This document shows, in pieces, positions 37,238-49,138 of a stretch of DNA of 64,000 nucleotides. The translations under genes were made by a program, and so were the position numbers. The notes beneath the pieces are model-generated. The model saw only the letters and a program-made list of their open reading frames with translations. It was not told the DNA's origin and made no database searches. Source of the stretch: Podarcis cretensis (taxonomy: Eukaryota); the NCBI GenBank assembly GCA_951804945.1, contig OX638153.1:80104001-80168000 (forward strand), in the 5' to 3' direction. Each line of letters starts with the position of its first letter. Within the stretch, counting starts at the first letter, position 1.

Positions 37238-37373
37238 CAGTGTTCCCCAACCTTGTGCCTCCAGCTGTTTTTGGACTACAATTCCCATCATCCCTTGCCA
37301 CTGGTCTTGCTAGTCAGGGATGATGGGAGTTGTAGTTCAAAAACAGCTGGAGGCACAAGGTTGGGAAACATTG
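37238..37373. mobile_element. Palindromic hAT MITE
   Basis: Arms of about 55 bp, near-perfectly complementary; 8-bp TSD ctatagat. Confidence 0.9.
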
Positions 37374-38597
37374 CTATAGATGACTTCAACTCAAACAAAC
37401 AAGAAATCCACTGACATGCTTCTTTCTCTCCTTTTTTTTAATGTTCCCTGATAAAATTCAATGATCAAGAAAAGGAGAAGTGACCTCTTTAAGTTGCTAT
37501 TCCAACAGAAAAGAGAAAGTTGAAAGTTCAGGGGTGAAAATAAGGCCATCTACCAAAAGGTAGCTCCAAAGCTTGATAGAGCAGGAGGACAAGCAATTAT
37601 TTCTTACCCTGACACTGGCAGTGATGAGGAAATCAATAGCCATTCAACGAATAACATGACATTTTTGTTAGCTCTTCTGAATGGCTGTTTCTGAGTATTG
37701 TGTTAGCTAACACAAATTTTCAGTGCTGTCGCTTCCTGTCCATTGTGACAGAAATTTAGTAATTGCTTGGCCCTGCCCTCTTCCATAACTCTCGATAAGA
37801 AGAATTTTTTTTTAACCCATTCTCTAACCTTCTCATTATCTACAGAATTTGAGCCTACCTTTTATAACAACTGTGGCTTGTCATTCATACTGATCATATC
37901 TGCTAAAACGAACATCAGATTCTGTCCACATAACTTGTACTTAGCGATATCTTAACCTTTGGGCAGTCCCTTTTGGAGGGCTCTGATGAATCTTCACGAA
38001 GCAACACATTCAATTGTTTAATATTAATTAGTGGTAGCATGGGATATATATGACTCCAACTCATACTGGAAAACTGTGATTGGTATTCTGATTTCAAAAG
38101 CGCTCATTGTTGCTGGCAGAAAGAACAAGCCAAATTTCACAAAAAGAAGTGCAAACTGTAGATTTGCAGATGGAGACTTAGCCAAGACAGGGGGCAAAGA
38201 AGAACCGATACCAGGGGGAGAAGAATATAGGCAAAATGGCAAGTGTCTTGAATAATGGAAAAGTACTGAGTTGATATAAAAATATTGCTAATCACATATG
38301 CCCAGTAGAAATGGGGAACTGGAATTGGCAGGAGAGGAGAAATTGAATACCTGAAGGAACATTATTAAGGCCACACTCATAACATTCATTTAAAACAATA
38401 TGATATCAGTTTAAACAGTCATCGCTTTACCCAAAGAATTCTGGGAGCTGTGGTTTGTAAAGGTTTTTGAGAGTTCTTAGGAGACCCCCATTCTCCTCAC
38501 AAAGCTACATTTTCCAGAGCAGTTTTACAATCAACCCCTCCTGACAACACTTACAGCTTGCATATAACAAACACACATACAGCTTGCAGCCTCTTAC

Positions 38598-38682
38598 CAT
38601 TGTCATCCACCACCCTGGTCTGGTCTTTGCAGCAGTCGACCGGTAGCCCAATAATTTCCACCTCAACAAATGGATCGATTAT
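38598..38682 (-). CDS. PLCH1: PLCH1 exon (C2), IIDPFVEVEIIGLPVDCCKDQTRVVDDN
   Basis: ctcaagcAG / GTAAGA; 85 nt, phase 0/1; C2 DPFVEVEI.G motif. Confidence 0.97.
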
Positions 38683-39227
38683 CTGCTTGAGACATTTTTG
38701 GAAACAGAAAATACATATTTCAAATAATTATTTCATCTTTCCAAAGCGTGCCCGCAAGACAGCAATTTTATAGACCTACCAGAATAATATATTAGGTTAC
38801 AATTTTCCATTATATTAGATCACAACCAAGTAATTAAAAGCAAAAGTTGAGGTTTGAATTTGTTCAGAAGCCAAAATGTGGATTTATCTGTTGCAGTCTT
38901 GATAATTCTTTTATAGCAAGGGGCTGAGAGAGATCATTAGGATTCTGGAGACAAGAATAGGCTGTTTTCAGGCAATTTTGGGCTCACGTCTAACACTCCC
39001 TCATAATGAGAATATTGTGGCCCACAGCTCTGTGCTTGAGCACATTCTTAACATCACTAGCATTTGGGGTGGCCCTGGTGTTGCTGGAACTACAACTCAC
39101 ACCATCCTTGACTGGCTGAGGTAGATGGGAGTTGGATCCAGATAGCATCTGAAGGGTCACAGGTTCCTTAAATAACCTGTAAAAAAAACCCTAGGGTAGA
39201 CTTCCGCTCCTGAGATCTTGCAGAGCC

Positions 39228-40288
39228 GGGGGGCCGCTGGGGCGCATTGGAAGATGGCCAACAATAACATCTCTCTGGCTCACACGAGGTAATTAAGAGG
39301 CTGATATGGGAGTATGCAGCCTCCCTTGTTGCCCCAAGGATATGGGGAACACTGCCTTGCCTGCTGTGGCCATAAATCACCCCCGGATTTGAAAGAAGGG
39401 GGTGAGGGCACTAGGCACAAAGCCCTTGTGTGGGTCCGGCTCTCCCAGACGCTGTCTCTGATCACGCACTAGTTGCAGCAACTCGAAATAAACAATTAGA
39501 GAGAGAAGCAAATGCACATATTTCAAGTGAAGAAAGGGAGTAAAGATTGCTAACTGAAGTGACCTCTGTGAAAGAAGAGCGACGGGTTGGAATTAACAGG
39601 AATATATCTGAAGAAGAAGATACATCAAAGGTTCGGTATGTCGGAGCGGGACTGGATGGGTGGGAAAAAACTTTTTTCTTTTCTTCTATGTGATTAACCA
39701 ATAACCCCTCCCCAAAAAAGAACCGTTGCATAACTGACCTAAGCAGGATGATTAAAAACTGTGTGGAAATGAATTACTAACCAAAAGTTTGACTTATGGA
39801 GATCGAGAAAAGAACAAGGGCTCTTGGAATGACACAGTAATAAAAAGGGAGTCGCCATCTTGGCAGGTTCTGTCGAAAGATTGATGATCAGGAGGAGGAA
39901 GCTATGGACTGGCAGAACCTCCTCAGAGGACTGAGAAAGGGAGTGACAGATCTGTGAAGATTAACGAGCAAAAACCCACACAGGATTACAATTTGTTTTA
40001 ACCCGCTTGTGGAGACTATCAGAGGTCACAAAGAGAAAGGAAAAATATATGAAAATAACAAAAAGAGATGTGGAAAATATCAAGAAAGGATTGGATAGAA
40101 TGGTGAACACCATTTGAACAGATTTGTGGACATTAAAGCAGCAGCAACAACAAGAGGATTGGATCCCTTTCAGAACTTAAAATATGGGTACCCCCAACAA
40201 AAAATTTAAAATTCGGCTTTGTAATTTGTAATTTATGTGATTTGATTTGATTGGTCTGTTAATAAAAATTATTATAAAAAAACCGAGA
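39228..40288 (+). mobile_element. Internally deleted L1-type element (5' UTR joined to 3' end)
   Basis: 16-bp TSD gagatcttgcagagcc (39212-39227 / 40289-40304); GC-rich start with AAGATGGC; AATAAA plus A-rich tail at 40261-40282. Confidence 0.75.
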
Positions 40289-41233
40289 GAGATCTTGCAG
40301 AGCCATAATCCAAGCTCTTATTTTTACTATTGGAAATTTGTTTCACTTGTCTGTTCTAAATATCAGCGTGTTGCTTAAAATGTTTATTTATGTTTGTTTG
40401 TTTTTCAAATTTCTATCTTGCCCTTCCTCCCAAAGGAGTCCAGGAGAGCAAGCAAGAAAGTAGTGCAATTAAACCTAAAATAAAAACATGTTTGGAACAT
40501 CTAAAAACATCGAAAACACCTGAACACATCTCTGAAGACATAGGCTCACAGCTGAACAAGGTTTGCAGGAACAGTTTCTCTCAGCCACCAAATGCCTGGG
40601 TGAGCGGAAATGTTTTTAAACTCCTCCTGAATGTTAATGAGGGAGACAGATGCCCCCCAACAGGGAGGGCAGTCCACCAATTTTCTAACATGTACTTCAC
40701 ATTAAAGAGTTAAGTAGCTGCTTCACTGCACCACGCTGTCAAGAGGACAAATTTTATTAACGAACCTTTCCGTCCCTCCAGGGTGCAATCCAATGTGTCA
40801 TGAAAGGTGAACAGAAAATGCAGTAATGAGACCAAGTGTTGAGTAAACAGAAAAGACGACTATGTGAGCAGGGTTCCTTCTCTAGCTGCATTAACGCTAT
40901 AGAGAAGAGATATGCCTGTACTCATAAGCCCCCACCCTTTGTATTTTGAACATTATGAAACCGTAAAGATACAAATTATTGCAAACTCCCAAGCCAGAAA
41001 CTTTCAGGGAATATGTCCCTAAATCATTAAACAGAAATGCATGGTGAATTTCACAATTTAGCCTTCAGCGCAGTGATAAATTAATAAGATGTTTATCCCA
41101 CACTAAGATAGCAGCTGCGGGTGAATAAAATTCAGGTGTGTGCCACACATATCCTTAAGAAGTGCTGTAGGCAATGTGCACATCCATACTCAGAGAATGG
41201 AAAACCACAAAAGCTATCATCAACGTTGTTTAC

Positions 41234-41358
41234 CTCTCCTCTGTCTCCTAACACTGAGTCCGGAGGTTTCGGTAGCTGCTGCCCACTGATGATTTTGAGG
41301 AGAAGTTGCTTCTTAGGGAAAGCAGGCAGTGGATCTGTAGAATAGGGATTGAATGTCC
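41234..41358 (-). CDS. PLCH1: PLCH1 exon (start of C2 domain), TFNPYSTDPLPAFPKKQLLLKIISGQQLPKPPDSVLGDRGE
   Basis: ccctctAG / GTAAAC; 125 nt, phase 1/0; C2 IISGQQLPKP motif. Confidence 0.97.
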
Positions 41359-41584
41359 CTAGAGGGGGCAAAGAGTACAGAAGGGTACAGTCCTTCAGAT
41401 AAGGAGTTATGCGTCTCTTACACACTTCTAAATAAAAGCAGGCAGTCAACAAGTAACATACAAATTCAACTATGCAATGATCCCCATACCCAGAATTTTC
41501 TTCTTCTTTTACTTTGGGGGATGTGTTTGCCTGCCAATCTGGATGACTGCAGGTACTTCACATACACAATTCATTGGCTCTGAC

Positions 41585-41938
41585 CAGGGCCGGATTTAGG
41601 TCTGACGAGGCCCTAAGCTACTGAAGGTAATGGGACCCTTTATATGTCCAGCTGTCCTTTGTCAACAACAAATTGTCACTGTTTTTTGTGTTGAATATAT
41701 GTGATATGGTAATTTATGGACCTAATAGGTATCTAAAGCCATTTGCACATAACGAATAGGAGCCTACACAACACAAAACAGTCTTGCTGTATGTAGGTTT
41801 TATTTTATTTGTTTCTTATCTTATATTTTGGAAATGTACATCCAGTTGTTGTTTTTTCCTTTAAATTTCTTGGGGGGGGGGCAAGAGACTGGGGCCCTAA
41901 GCAATAGCTTGTTTAGCTTATATGTAAATCCAGCACTG
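41585..41938. mobile_element. Probable hAT MITE
   Basis: CAGGGCCGGATTTA...TAAATCCAGCACTG termini; TSD not recognisable. Confidence 0.5.
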
Positions 41939-43196
41939 GCCATGGGATAAAAGGTCAGACCTGTGCTAATCAGTTAATGCAACGGTTCCACCACCATTCT
42001 ATTATTTAGTTCATTTATCCACCTCTGGTTATGCTTATTTTAGGCACTTCTACTCCACCCTTCAACAAGTCAGCTCTTTTATTTCTATCAGCTTTGCCTG
42101 GAAATTTATCACTGTCAAAGGACTGTCGTTCTTGCCATTAATGAACACATTGCAGCCTGATTGTTGACAATAGAGATGGTGAGCCTGCGGCTCTCAAGAT
42201 GTTGTTGGACTACATTTCCCAGCCAGTATGTTCAATAATCAAGTATAAAGGGAGTTGTAGTTCAACAGTGTCTGATAGGCATAGCTTCCTCAATTTATAA
42301 AGCTCTAATAACACTAGAATATGGCAATCTATTGTACACAGAACGCCATGGGAAGTGGACCTAGATGTGGAAATACCCAATGAAAACTTGATGGCTTTGT
42401 GGTCTGAGAGACTGTTGAAATCTGCTTCTGCAAAAATAAGGGAAGCCTCATTAAAACGTCTGCGTAGGTGGCATTATATGCCAGTGAGGTTATCCTGAAT
42501 ATCTAAGGAAGTCAATCCCAATTGTTGCAGGGGATGCACAGTCAAAAGGTACATATTTCCATAAGTGGTGGTGGTGTGATATCATCAAATGCTTCTGGAA
42601 TGCTGTCTTCAAATAAATAAGCTTGATTGAAATGTCCGCTGCACTAGCACTACTTGGGCTTAGGATCCCGTCTGCTCATGATTATCCTAAACATGACCTC
42701 TCATCCTTTCTATTAACTCCTGCTCATTTGGAGATAGCCTGATGTTGGAAAACTGGTCATGGGCTGAATGAACATTGATTCTTGGTGTGACAGTGTATGG
42801 TCAATAGCATTGGCTGAGAAACTAACATGCCAGGTGAGAGCGGCAAAGGGCAAGCACAGTCCATATTTCTTTTATAACATATGTCAAATGTTTATTGAAT
42901 ACATAAACAGATCAGGCTGTGGCAGGAATCCACCCAGCACTCATGGGGAAATGTGGTGTGATCTCTTAGAGTAATCAAACGAAACTTTAACACATGACAA
43001 GTTACTTGTTGTTTACTGTTGTAACAATTGTTTTCTCAAAATTTATCTTCTGTACCATGAAATAAATAAAAACAGTAGATATAGATTATATAGATATAGA
43101 TATTAAAAAATATATATCTGGTAGGCCACAGGCCTCCCATCCTTATAATGCATGTATAATAGCATTACAGGATTACAATGCATTGAATGGTACTAC

Positions 43197-43304
43197 CTTT
43201 GCACATCTGCTGGGGTTTCAGGACGTATCCACAGTTGCCATTCATCCTGAACTTGGCTTGGTTCAACTGCATCACGCGCCCATCAGACTGATAGTTTAAC
43301 GCCA
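43197..43304 (-). CDS. PLCH1: PLCH1 exon (end of Y box), [36 protein letters not shown]
   Basis: tttcacAG / GTAGTA; 108 nt, phase 1/1; VALNYQ...NG.CGYVLKP motif. Confidence 0.98.
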
Positions 43305-44174
43305 CTGTGAAATTAGCAATAGCTTGTGTTACTCATCAACTTCACATGCATCTAACAAAACCTTGTGTGGTTTCTGCTCATAAAGATAAACCCAAAGTTA
43401 AGTTAGTGGTGCTTCATCCCTACTGAAATCAAAGGGACCTAACGACTAACTTGGCTCGTTAATTTCAATGGAAACAAGATACAACTTACGATTTTAACCA
43501 TGTCTACTCAGAGGTTAAGTCCTATTGAATTCAATGGGGCTTACTCTCAGGCAAGTGGGGTTAAGACTGCGGCCTAAGTTAGCCTGGATCCTGCCCATAA
43601 AATAGTTTTGTATGCTTTCCCCCTCCCCATAATGCAATTGCCTTTGATTTTAAACAGATAACTGGGATTTAATGAACAAAGTATATATTTCTCTTGAAGG
43701 CTGCATTCCCTCTGGGGGGCAATCTGTTAGGAGCTGCATGCTGGTAGCATGTAGTGTCAAAGTCAAAAGTTGGTGAGATCTGAACCAAAAGTGGACATAC
43801 CCACCCCCCACCATTATTTCTATCCAACACCTCTTTTCTCTCTTTCCAACAGCTCTCTTCTTCCTTCTGACATCCCTATTCTTTTCTGACACCCCCCTCC
43901 CCTTCTCTCTTGCCAGTTTTAAAAAATGCTTTACTGCAGTTTGGTAAAACATCAGTATGGTGTAATTTCCTAACAATAGGGTTTTAAGCAACAGCGAATA
44001 TCATTTCCTAGCTTTCTGACACTCTTCTCCCTTCCCCTTCTGCTCTCCCTTATCTTCCTCCCCATCCAGCAGGCAGCTGGGATAGGGACATCTGAAAAAA
44101 TGGGGTGAAAGGAGATCAATGGGCACCTGGGTATTGTGTGCATATACCTCGCACGTGTACACTGCAGCACTCAC

Positions 44175-44354
44175 CTAGCTGGCAGCCCACGTTCCAATAT
44201 GCCAAAGGGTTGAAGTTGCTGGAGTCAATCCGATATGCAGATGGGTAGATTCTGGTGAGCTGCTTCTGGTTATACAGCATAAACTGCTCTGCCTTCTGTT
44301 GCACCACCTGGTGTGCTCTCGACTCGCTGAAGGATAACACATTCCCCACAGACC
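44175..44354 (-). CDS. PLCH1: PLCH1 exon (Y box), SVGNVLSFSESRAHQ...LTRIYPSAYRIDSSNFNPLAYWNVGCQL
   Basis: catgtAG / GTGAGT; 180 nt, phase 1/1; canonical Y-box RIYP..RIDSSN.NP...W..GCQ motif. Confidence 0.98.
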   Translation of the reverse strand, partial: GLWGMCYPSASREHTRWCNRRQSSLCCITRSSSPESTHLHIGLTPATSTLWHIGTWAAS

Positions 44355-44445
44355 CTACATGTTGAAAAGGAAAATAACCAAGAAAAAGAAGATATGGTCA
44401 AGTATGACACGAAATGTGTTGTGTACACACAAATATATATGCGTG

Positions 44446-44478
<33 letters not shown>

Positions 44479-44624
44479 ATATATACTAGTGTTGCGCCGA
44501 ACGTTTGCCTGAGGACAATTTGGAAATAAATGTGTTATGCTCAAAGCCTCCCCTCCCTTCTAAATGTGCATTTTTAAACAGCTGTTATTTCCTCTGATCT
44601 GTTGCTTCAGGGCCACTTTTTACT

Positions 44625-44970
44625 TGAAACACTTTCTTTTGGTGAAACAGCTTGGGGGCCGGCAGGAAATCAAAGCCCTCCAGGCTCATGAGAACACCTT
44701 TGTCTACCGAGCTGCCCTGGGCCTCATTGAGAAATATTTTCCTGACAATGAAGGTGAAAACTCAATTTCAGAAACAGGAGAAGGACCGACACCATCACCT
44801 TTCTTGCCGACTTTAAATTCTGAGTGAAAGACCAGCCCAAAACACACTTTCTTGACTTGGCAAAAGGCAGCATGTTTGACTTGACTATTTAAAGCTCTGC
44901 AAGTGGAAAGCATTCATTTGTAACAAATAGCTTTTTTTTTTGTAATGAATAACTAATTTTTTTAAAAAAG
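44625..44970 (+). pseudogene. 5'-truncated importin-alpha (KPNA2/KPNA7 subfamily) retrocopy fragment
   Basis: LVKQLGGRQEIKALQAHENTFVYRAALGLIEKYF matches the importin-alpha ARM10 motif GG..KIE.LQ.HEN..VY.A...IEKYF; followed by an acidic tail, a stop, a UTR-like AT-rich stretch, AATAAC (44948) and a short A run. Confidence 0.8.
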
Positions 44971-45058
44971 AAGTCATCTCAGACAGTCTGGGTCATGCTG
45001 CAAATGTAATGGTGCCATGCTATGTTATGCTTTCAGTGAGGGCAAATGAAGTCTATGG

Positions 45059-45148
45059 CATAGCTGGCAACTTTTCCCCTTTTTAAAGGGAAATTCCCTT
45101 ACTCCGAATAGGATTCCTCGTACGAAAAGGGGAAAGTTGACAGCTATG
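45059..45148. mobile_element. 90-bp hAT MITE
   Basis: TIR CATAGCTG(G/T)CAACTTT; 8-bp TSD gtctatgg. Confidence 0.88.
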
Positions 45149-46950
45149 GTCTATGGGTATGGGAAGAGAACACAGCTGCCATTTACCAAGGCAACATGAT
45201 CAAATACTCCCCCTTTTGTTACATAGTGGCTGTTTGCTATAGCCTCACTCACCAAATATAATGGGCATTGAAATAAGTTTAGTTTCATATACATAACCAT
45301 TCAAGTTGGCATTTTCGAACCATATCTACAACTGCATTATCAAACAGAACACATGTTCAGTGTCATGACTAGATCCTCCAAGATGTTCAAATACAAAACT
45401 ATTTATCTAAATGGAGTGTGTCTAATATTCAGATGATGAGCATGTTGAGGTGGGGGAAGGAAGGACCACAAGTGCTATTCTTTGCAAAGCACTGCATTCA
45501 AACAGGCTTTCCTGAGTCGAATATATATTAAGCACACATGGAGAATTCAAAAAAAGACAGGACCAAATCTCTCAAGGCATTTCTGGAAGAAATCGGTCTC
45601 AGTATCAAAGCTGCATGAAGCCTGCACTTTTAACAAAAAAGATATGTTCATAATTTTGAATCAAGATAACAAGTTTTGCAAAATAAAAAAAACCAGTCAA
45701 TTTCATGGCCTGTTGAAATGATTATAAAATTAAACACATTTGTTATATTTGCTGAAGTGGCAGGGAAGGGGCCAGAATACTGAGTCTCAGACCTTGGTCC
45801 CTCCTCACACTTCTGAGGTTTATCAGGTGATGCAAACTCAACTTGAAGCCTAATTTTGCAATCATAAGAACTAGAAATATGGGCTATAATTTCAGCTGAA
45901 AAAGAACTAAGCTTGGGTTTAACTCTCTCACTGCAATCATGTTTTTCTAGTATTGGCTCACGTCCCCTTTTTTTGTAGGGAGGGGAAAGGATGTCAAATT
46001 ATTTATTCACTCTCAGGTTTGATATTTCTGTTTTGCTTGTACCAAACTTTTTTTTAAAAAATGCAGGAAACACATAGCCCTGATTAGAGAATCGAGACAT
46101 TCCCGCTGTGTAATTCAGAAAACTCCAACTATTTTCACTAGATGGGATTGTTCCATGAAAGAGCTGTCAGCGTGTTCTGAAGCATCTTCTCTGAAGATGC
46201 TCATCAGGAATATGCAATAATTTCACCTCAATCTGCATTTGACATGCCAACCTTGGCTGAAATGTGCTTGAATCAAGAAAGGTGTCTCTCTGCGTAACAA
46301 AAAGCACACTGTGCGCAAAAACTACCCCTGGAGCTTAAAACCTCTTCTTCCCCCACAAATAATGCTTATAAAGGGACTGGTCCTCTTAATTAAAGTCTAT
46401 CCCCAAGCAGAAACTTGTCACTTGTCACATGCTGAAGGCTGCTTGCGGTGGAAAGAACATGTCACTTTTACATGTTGAAGGCGACACCACTTGTCACAGC
46501 TTTCGATTCTGAGGAAGGTGAGAAAAGCAATCCTGTTTTGTAATGCAGCTGTGCCAACTTCCAGTGGAGGAAGAGGGAAGCCATTGCAAGCAGGTGGGAT
46601 AAGCCCATAAAACAGAAAGAGGGAGAAGAGATAGGAGCCAAGCTGGAAAGAAAGGATGGGACTGAGAAACTCATACTACCAAAGTGGGCTGGGTTTTTGC
46701 ATGAACCAGGTGTATGTTTGGGATGGCACTTGAGCATCACTTTTAAGCTCAAAAATAAGAAGTGTGGAATTGCAATGCACGAAGCAGGTAAACCCACACC
46801 ACTCCCCCACTAAGATCCCACTGTTATAACCTCAAAGTCTACGGAAGGATCACAAATCAACAAGATTTGTGCAACAGCATAGTGGCAATATTAAGGGACT
46901 CATATTTACCTCAACTTGCACAGGAGAAATTCCCACATGCTCATCTACAC

Positions 46951-46981
<31 letters not shown>

Positions 46982-47447
46982 CACTACTATATATACTACT
47001 ACTTTGGGGAAGTAGTTTGCCTTCTTGCTTGTCTGTCTGTCTGTCTGTCCTTTATGGGTTCAGAGGTTTTGAGATATTGCTGCCATACTCAGCACAAGGG
47101 TTCCTGAGGTGGGGGCAGTGGTCTTCGTCTACATTTGGACACCAGGCACCATTTTGAATCAAGATGGCAGGCCCAAATGTGACTTGGGTGTAATTCCACC
47201 TTATTTGGCGTGGCAGTTAGGAACGAGGTTTCGCTAGGGGGAGGAGGTAGTTTCCGCCAATTTATTGCAAACGCCGTGTCCGCACACCCCCAAACTCACA
47301 AATTACTCTATCCATTTAAAAATCTTTGCTTGTTTCTTTGAATTACTAGGCAGTGCCTGGCACCCCCTGCTACTTCCTTATACAGGAGCAAATAATATAT
47401 TTGACAGCAGGAAAAGGATGTAACCCAGTATTCACCCACAGCCTTAC

Positions 47448-47545
47448 CATCATCAACTATGTCTTGAGCTGCTACCGAATTGGTGTACACCACTAAATCA
47501 GAAAGATCGCGACACAGCTTCATCGTTTTTCTCCGCCGACCCAAC
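47448..47545 (-). CDS. PLCH1: PLCH1 exon (start of Y box), LGRRRKTMKLCRDLSDLVVYTNSVAAQDIVDD
   Basis: ttcagcAG / GTAAGG; 98 nt, phase 2/1; PI-PLC Y-box start LSDLVVY. Confidence 0.96.
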
Positions 47546-48163
47546 CTGCTGAATAATGGTAAAAGAGGGGTATTTTTTTTCCTAAATGGCTAGATTTGTC
47601 AGCTTCTCTCTCTATCCTACTACTAAGTCCAGACGAATCCAATGCCTTTTCTTAAACAACAACAGTTGTTACTTGACTAGAAGGCATGCTACAAAATAAA
47701 AGACAACCTAACAGAGGAAAGAAATAGGCTGGCCAAGAGGTGAAGCCTTTTCCAAAACTCTAATTCATTTTTTTAACCCTGCCTCTGCCTCTCCGCCCCA
47801 CAACCCATCCTTCATACATATATGCCTTCCAGATACATCTCTCCAACAGAAGCAACGGGTTCTGGATAGAAATAAGTTCTCTTATTAAATGAAGGCAAGA
47901 TGTGCAGGACAATAGGAAGAGGGAGTTTTGGCTCTGCAGCAAATATATGCTTTGTTTATTACATTCAGTAGCATAATGAGTTTAGACAGGCAGTATTTTT
48001 GATTCTGCCTGTTTTCATCTAAAAATTGAATATGTCCACAAACACCCAGTATTGCTTTACTCATTCTAAAAAGCTAGTGCCAGTTACATTCCAGTGAAAA
48101 TGTACATTTGCAGATTGCCTGAATTGGCAGTAAAACAGCTGGGGGAAAGTGACAATTACTAAC

Positions 48164-48258
48164 CTGTATAGCTGTCCAGGTTCCTTCCCAGAACAATTTT
48201 GTTGAGAATCCTCATCATCAGATGCGCTATGAGATTTGGGCCTTGGTTTTGCAGCCTT
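48164..48258 (-). CDS. PLCH1: PLCH1 exon (X-Y linker), KAAKPRPKSHSASDDEDSQQNCSGKEPGQLYR
   Basis: tttctcaatcAG / GTTAGT; 95 nt, phase 0/2, compatible with the next exon. Confidence 0.9.
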
Positions 48259-48382
48259 CTGATTGAGAAAACAATATGTGATTTAACCGTGTGGTGAACT
48301 ATAAAAAGTTAACGTTCATTTCCAGTGTGGTCTGCCCAGGCTGCATTAGCACTGAAGTCCCCCCCCCCCTTTTTACCTCCCC

Positions 48383-48895
48383 ATTTTCACAATGTTTCCC
48401 TAACTGTTAATTTCTGCGTTCTGATTGAGATTTTACATGGCGTAAAAGCCACTTACAGAAATATAGTGGAATACAGAACAAGTTTAGTGCTCATTTTTCT
48501 GTGTTATTTGAAAACAAGTTTGTGTCTCCCCTCCCACCCGCCCCGCCCAGAAACAAGTACAGTGGTACCTCAGGTTACATACACTTCAGGTTACATACTC
48601 CGATAACCCAGAAATATTACCTCGGGTTAAGAACTTTGCTTCAGGATGAGAACAGAAATCGTGCAGCAGCAGCAGCGCAGCAGCCGCAGGAGGCCCCATT
48701 AGCTAAAGTGGTGCTTCAGGTTAAGAACAGTTTCAGGTTAAGAACAGACCTCCAGAACGAATTAAGTTCTTAACCCAAGGTACCACTGTACTCAACTTTT
48801 GCTAAATTCCACTGTATTTCTGGGTGTTGCTTTTATGTTGTGTAAAAGCTCAAACAGAATGCAGAAATGAAGAGTTGGGGAAATGACGTGAAAAT
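48383..48895. repeat. Old inverted repeat with 107-bp arms (48383-48489 / 48789-48895)
   Basis: Ungapped alignment, 82/107 complementary by hand count. Confidence 0.85.
48560..48788. mobile_element. Tc1/mariner-pogo MITE (family A)
   Basis: Same TIR and TA TSD. Confidence 0.9.
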
Positions 48896-49138
48896 AGAAT
48901 AAGCTGCCATGTGAATGCAGCCTCAGGCTAACAGGGGCCTCCCACGGTCCCAAAAGGAGATTTCCCTCACTCTTTCCTCCCTTGAGCATTTTAAATGGAA
49001 GGATCAGGATTGGACCTGGAACATTTGGCATGCAAATTCATGCACTCTTGTCACTGAGCTACTGCCCTAAGTACTATTGCCAAGAGTTATGTTCGATTTA
49101 CAAAGGTTTTGCTCCAGCCAAGATTAATAGCTGGTAAG

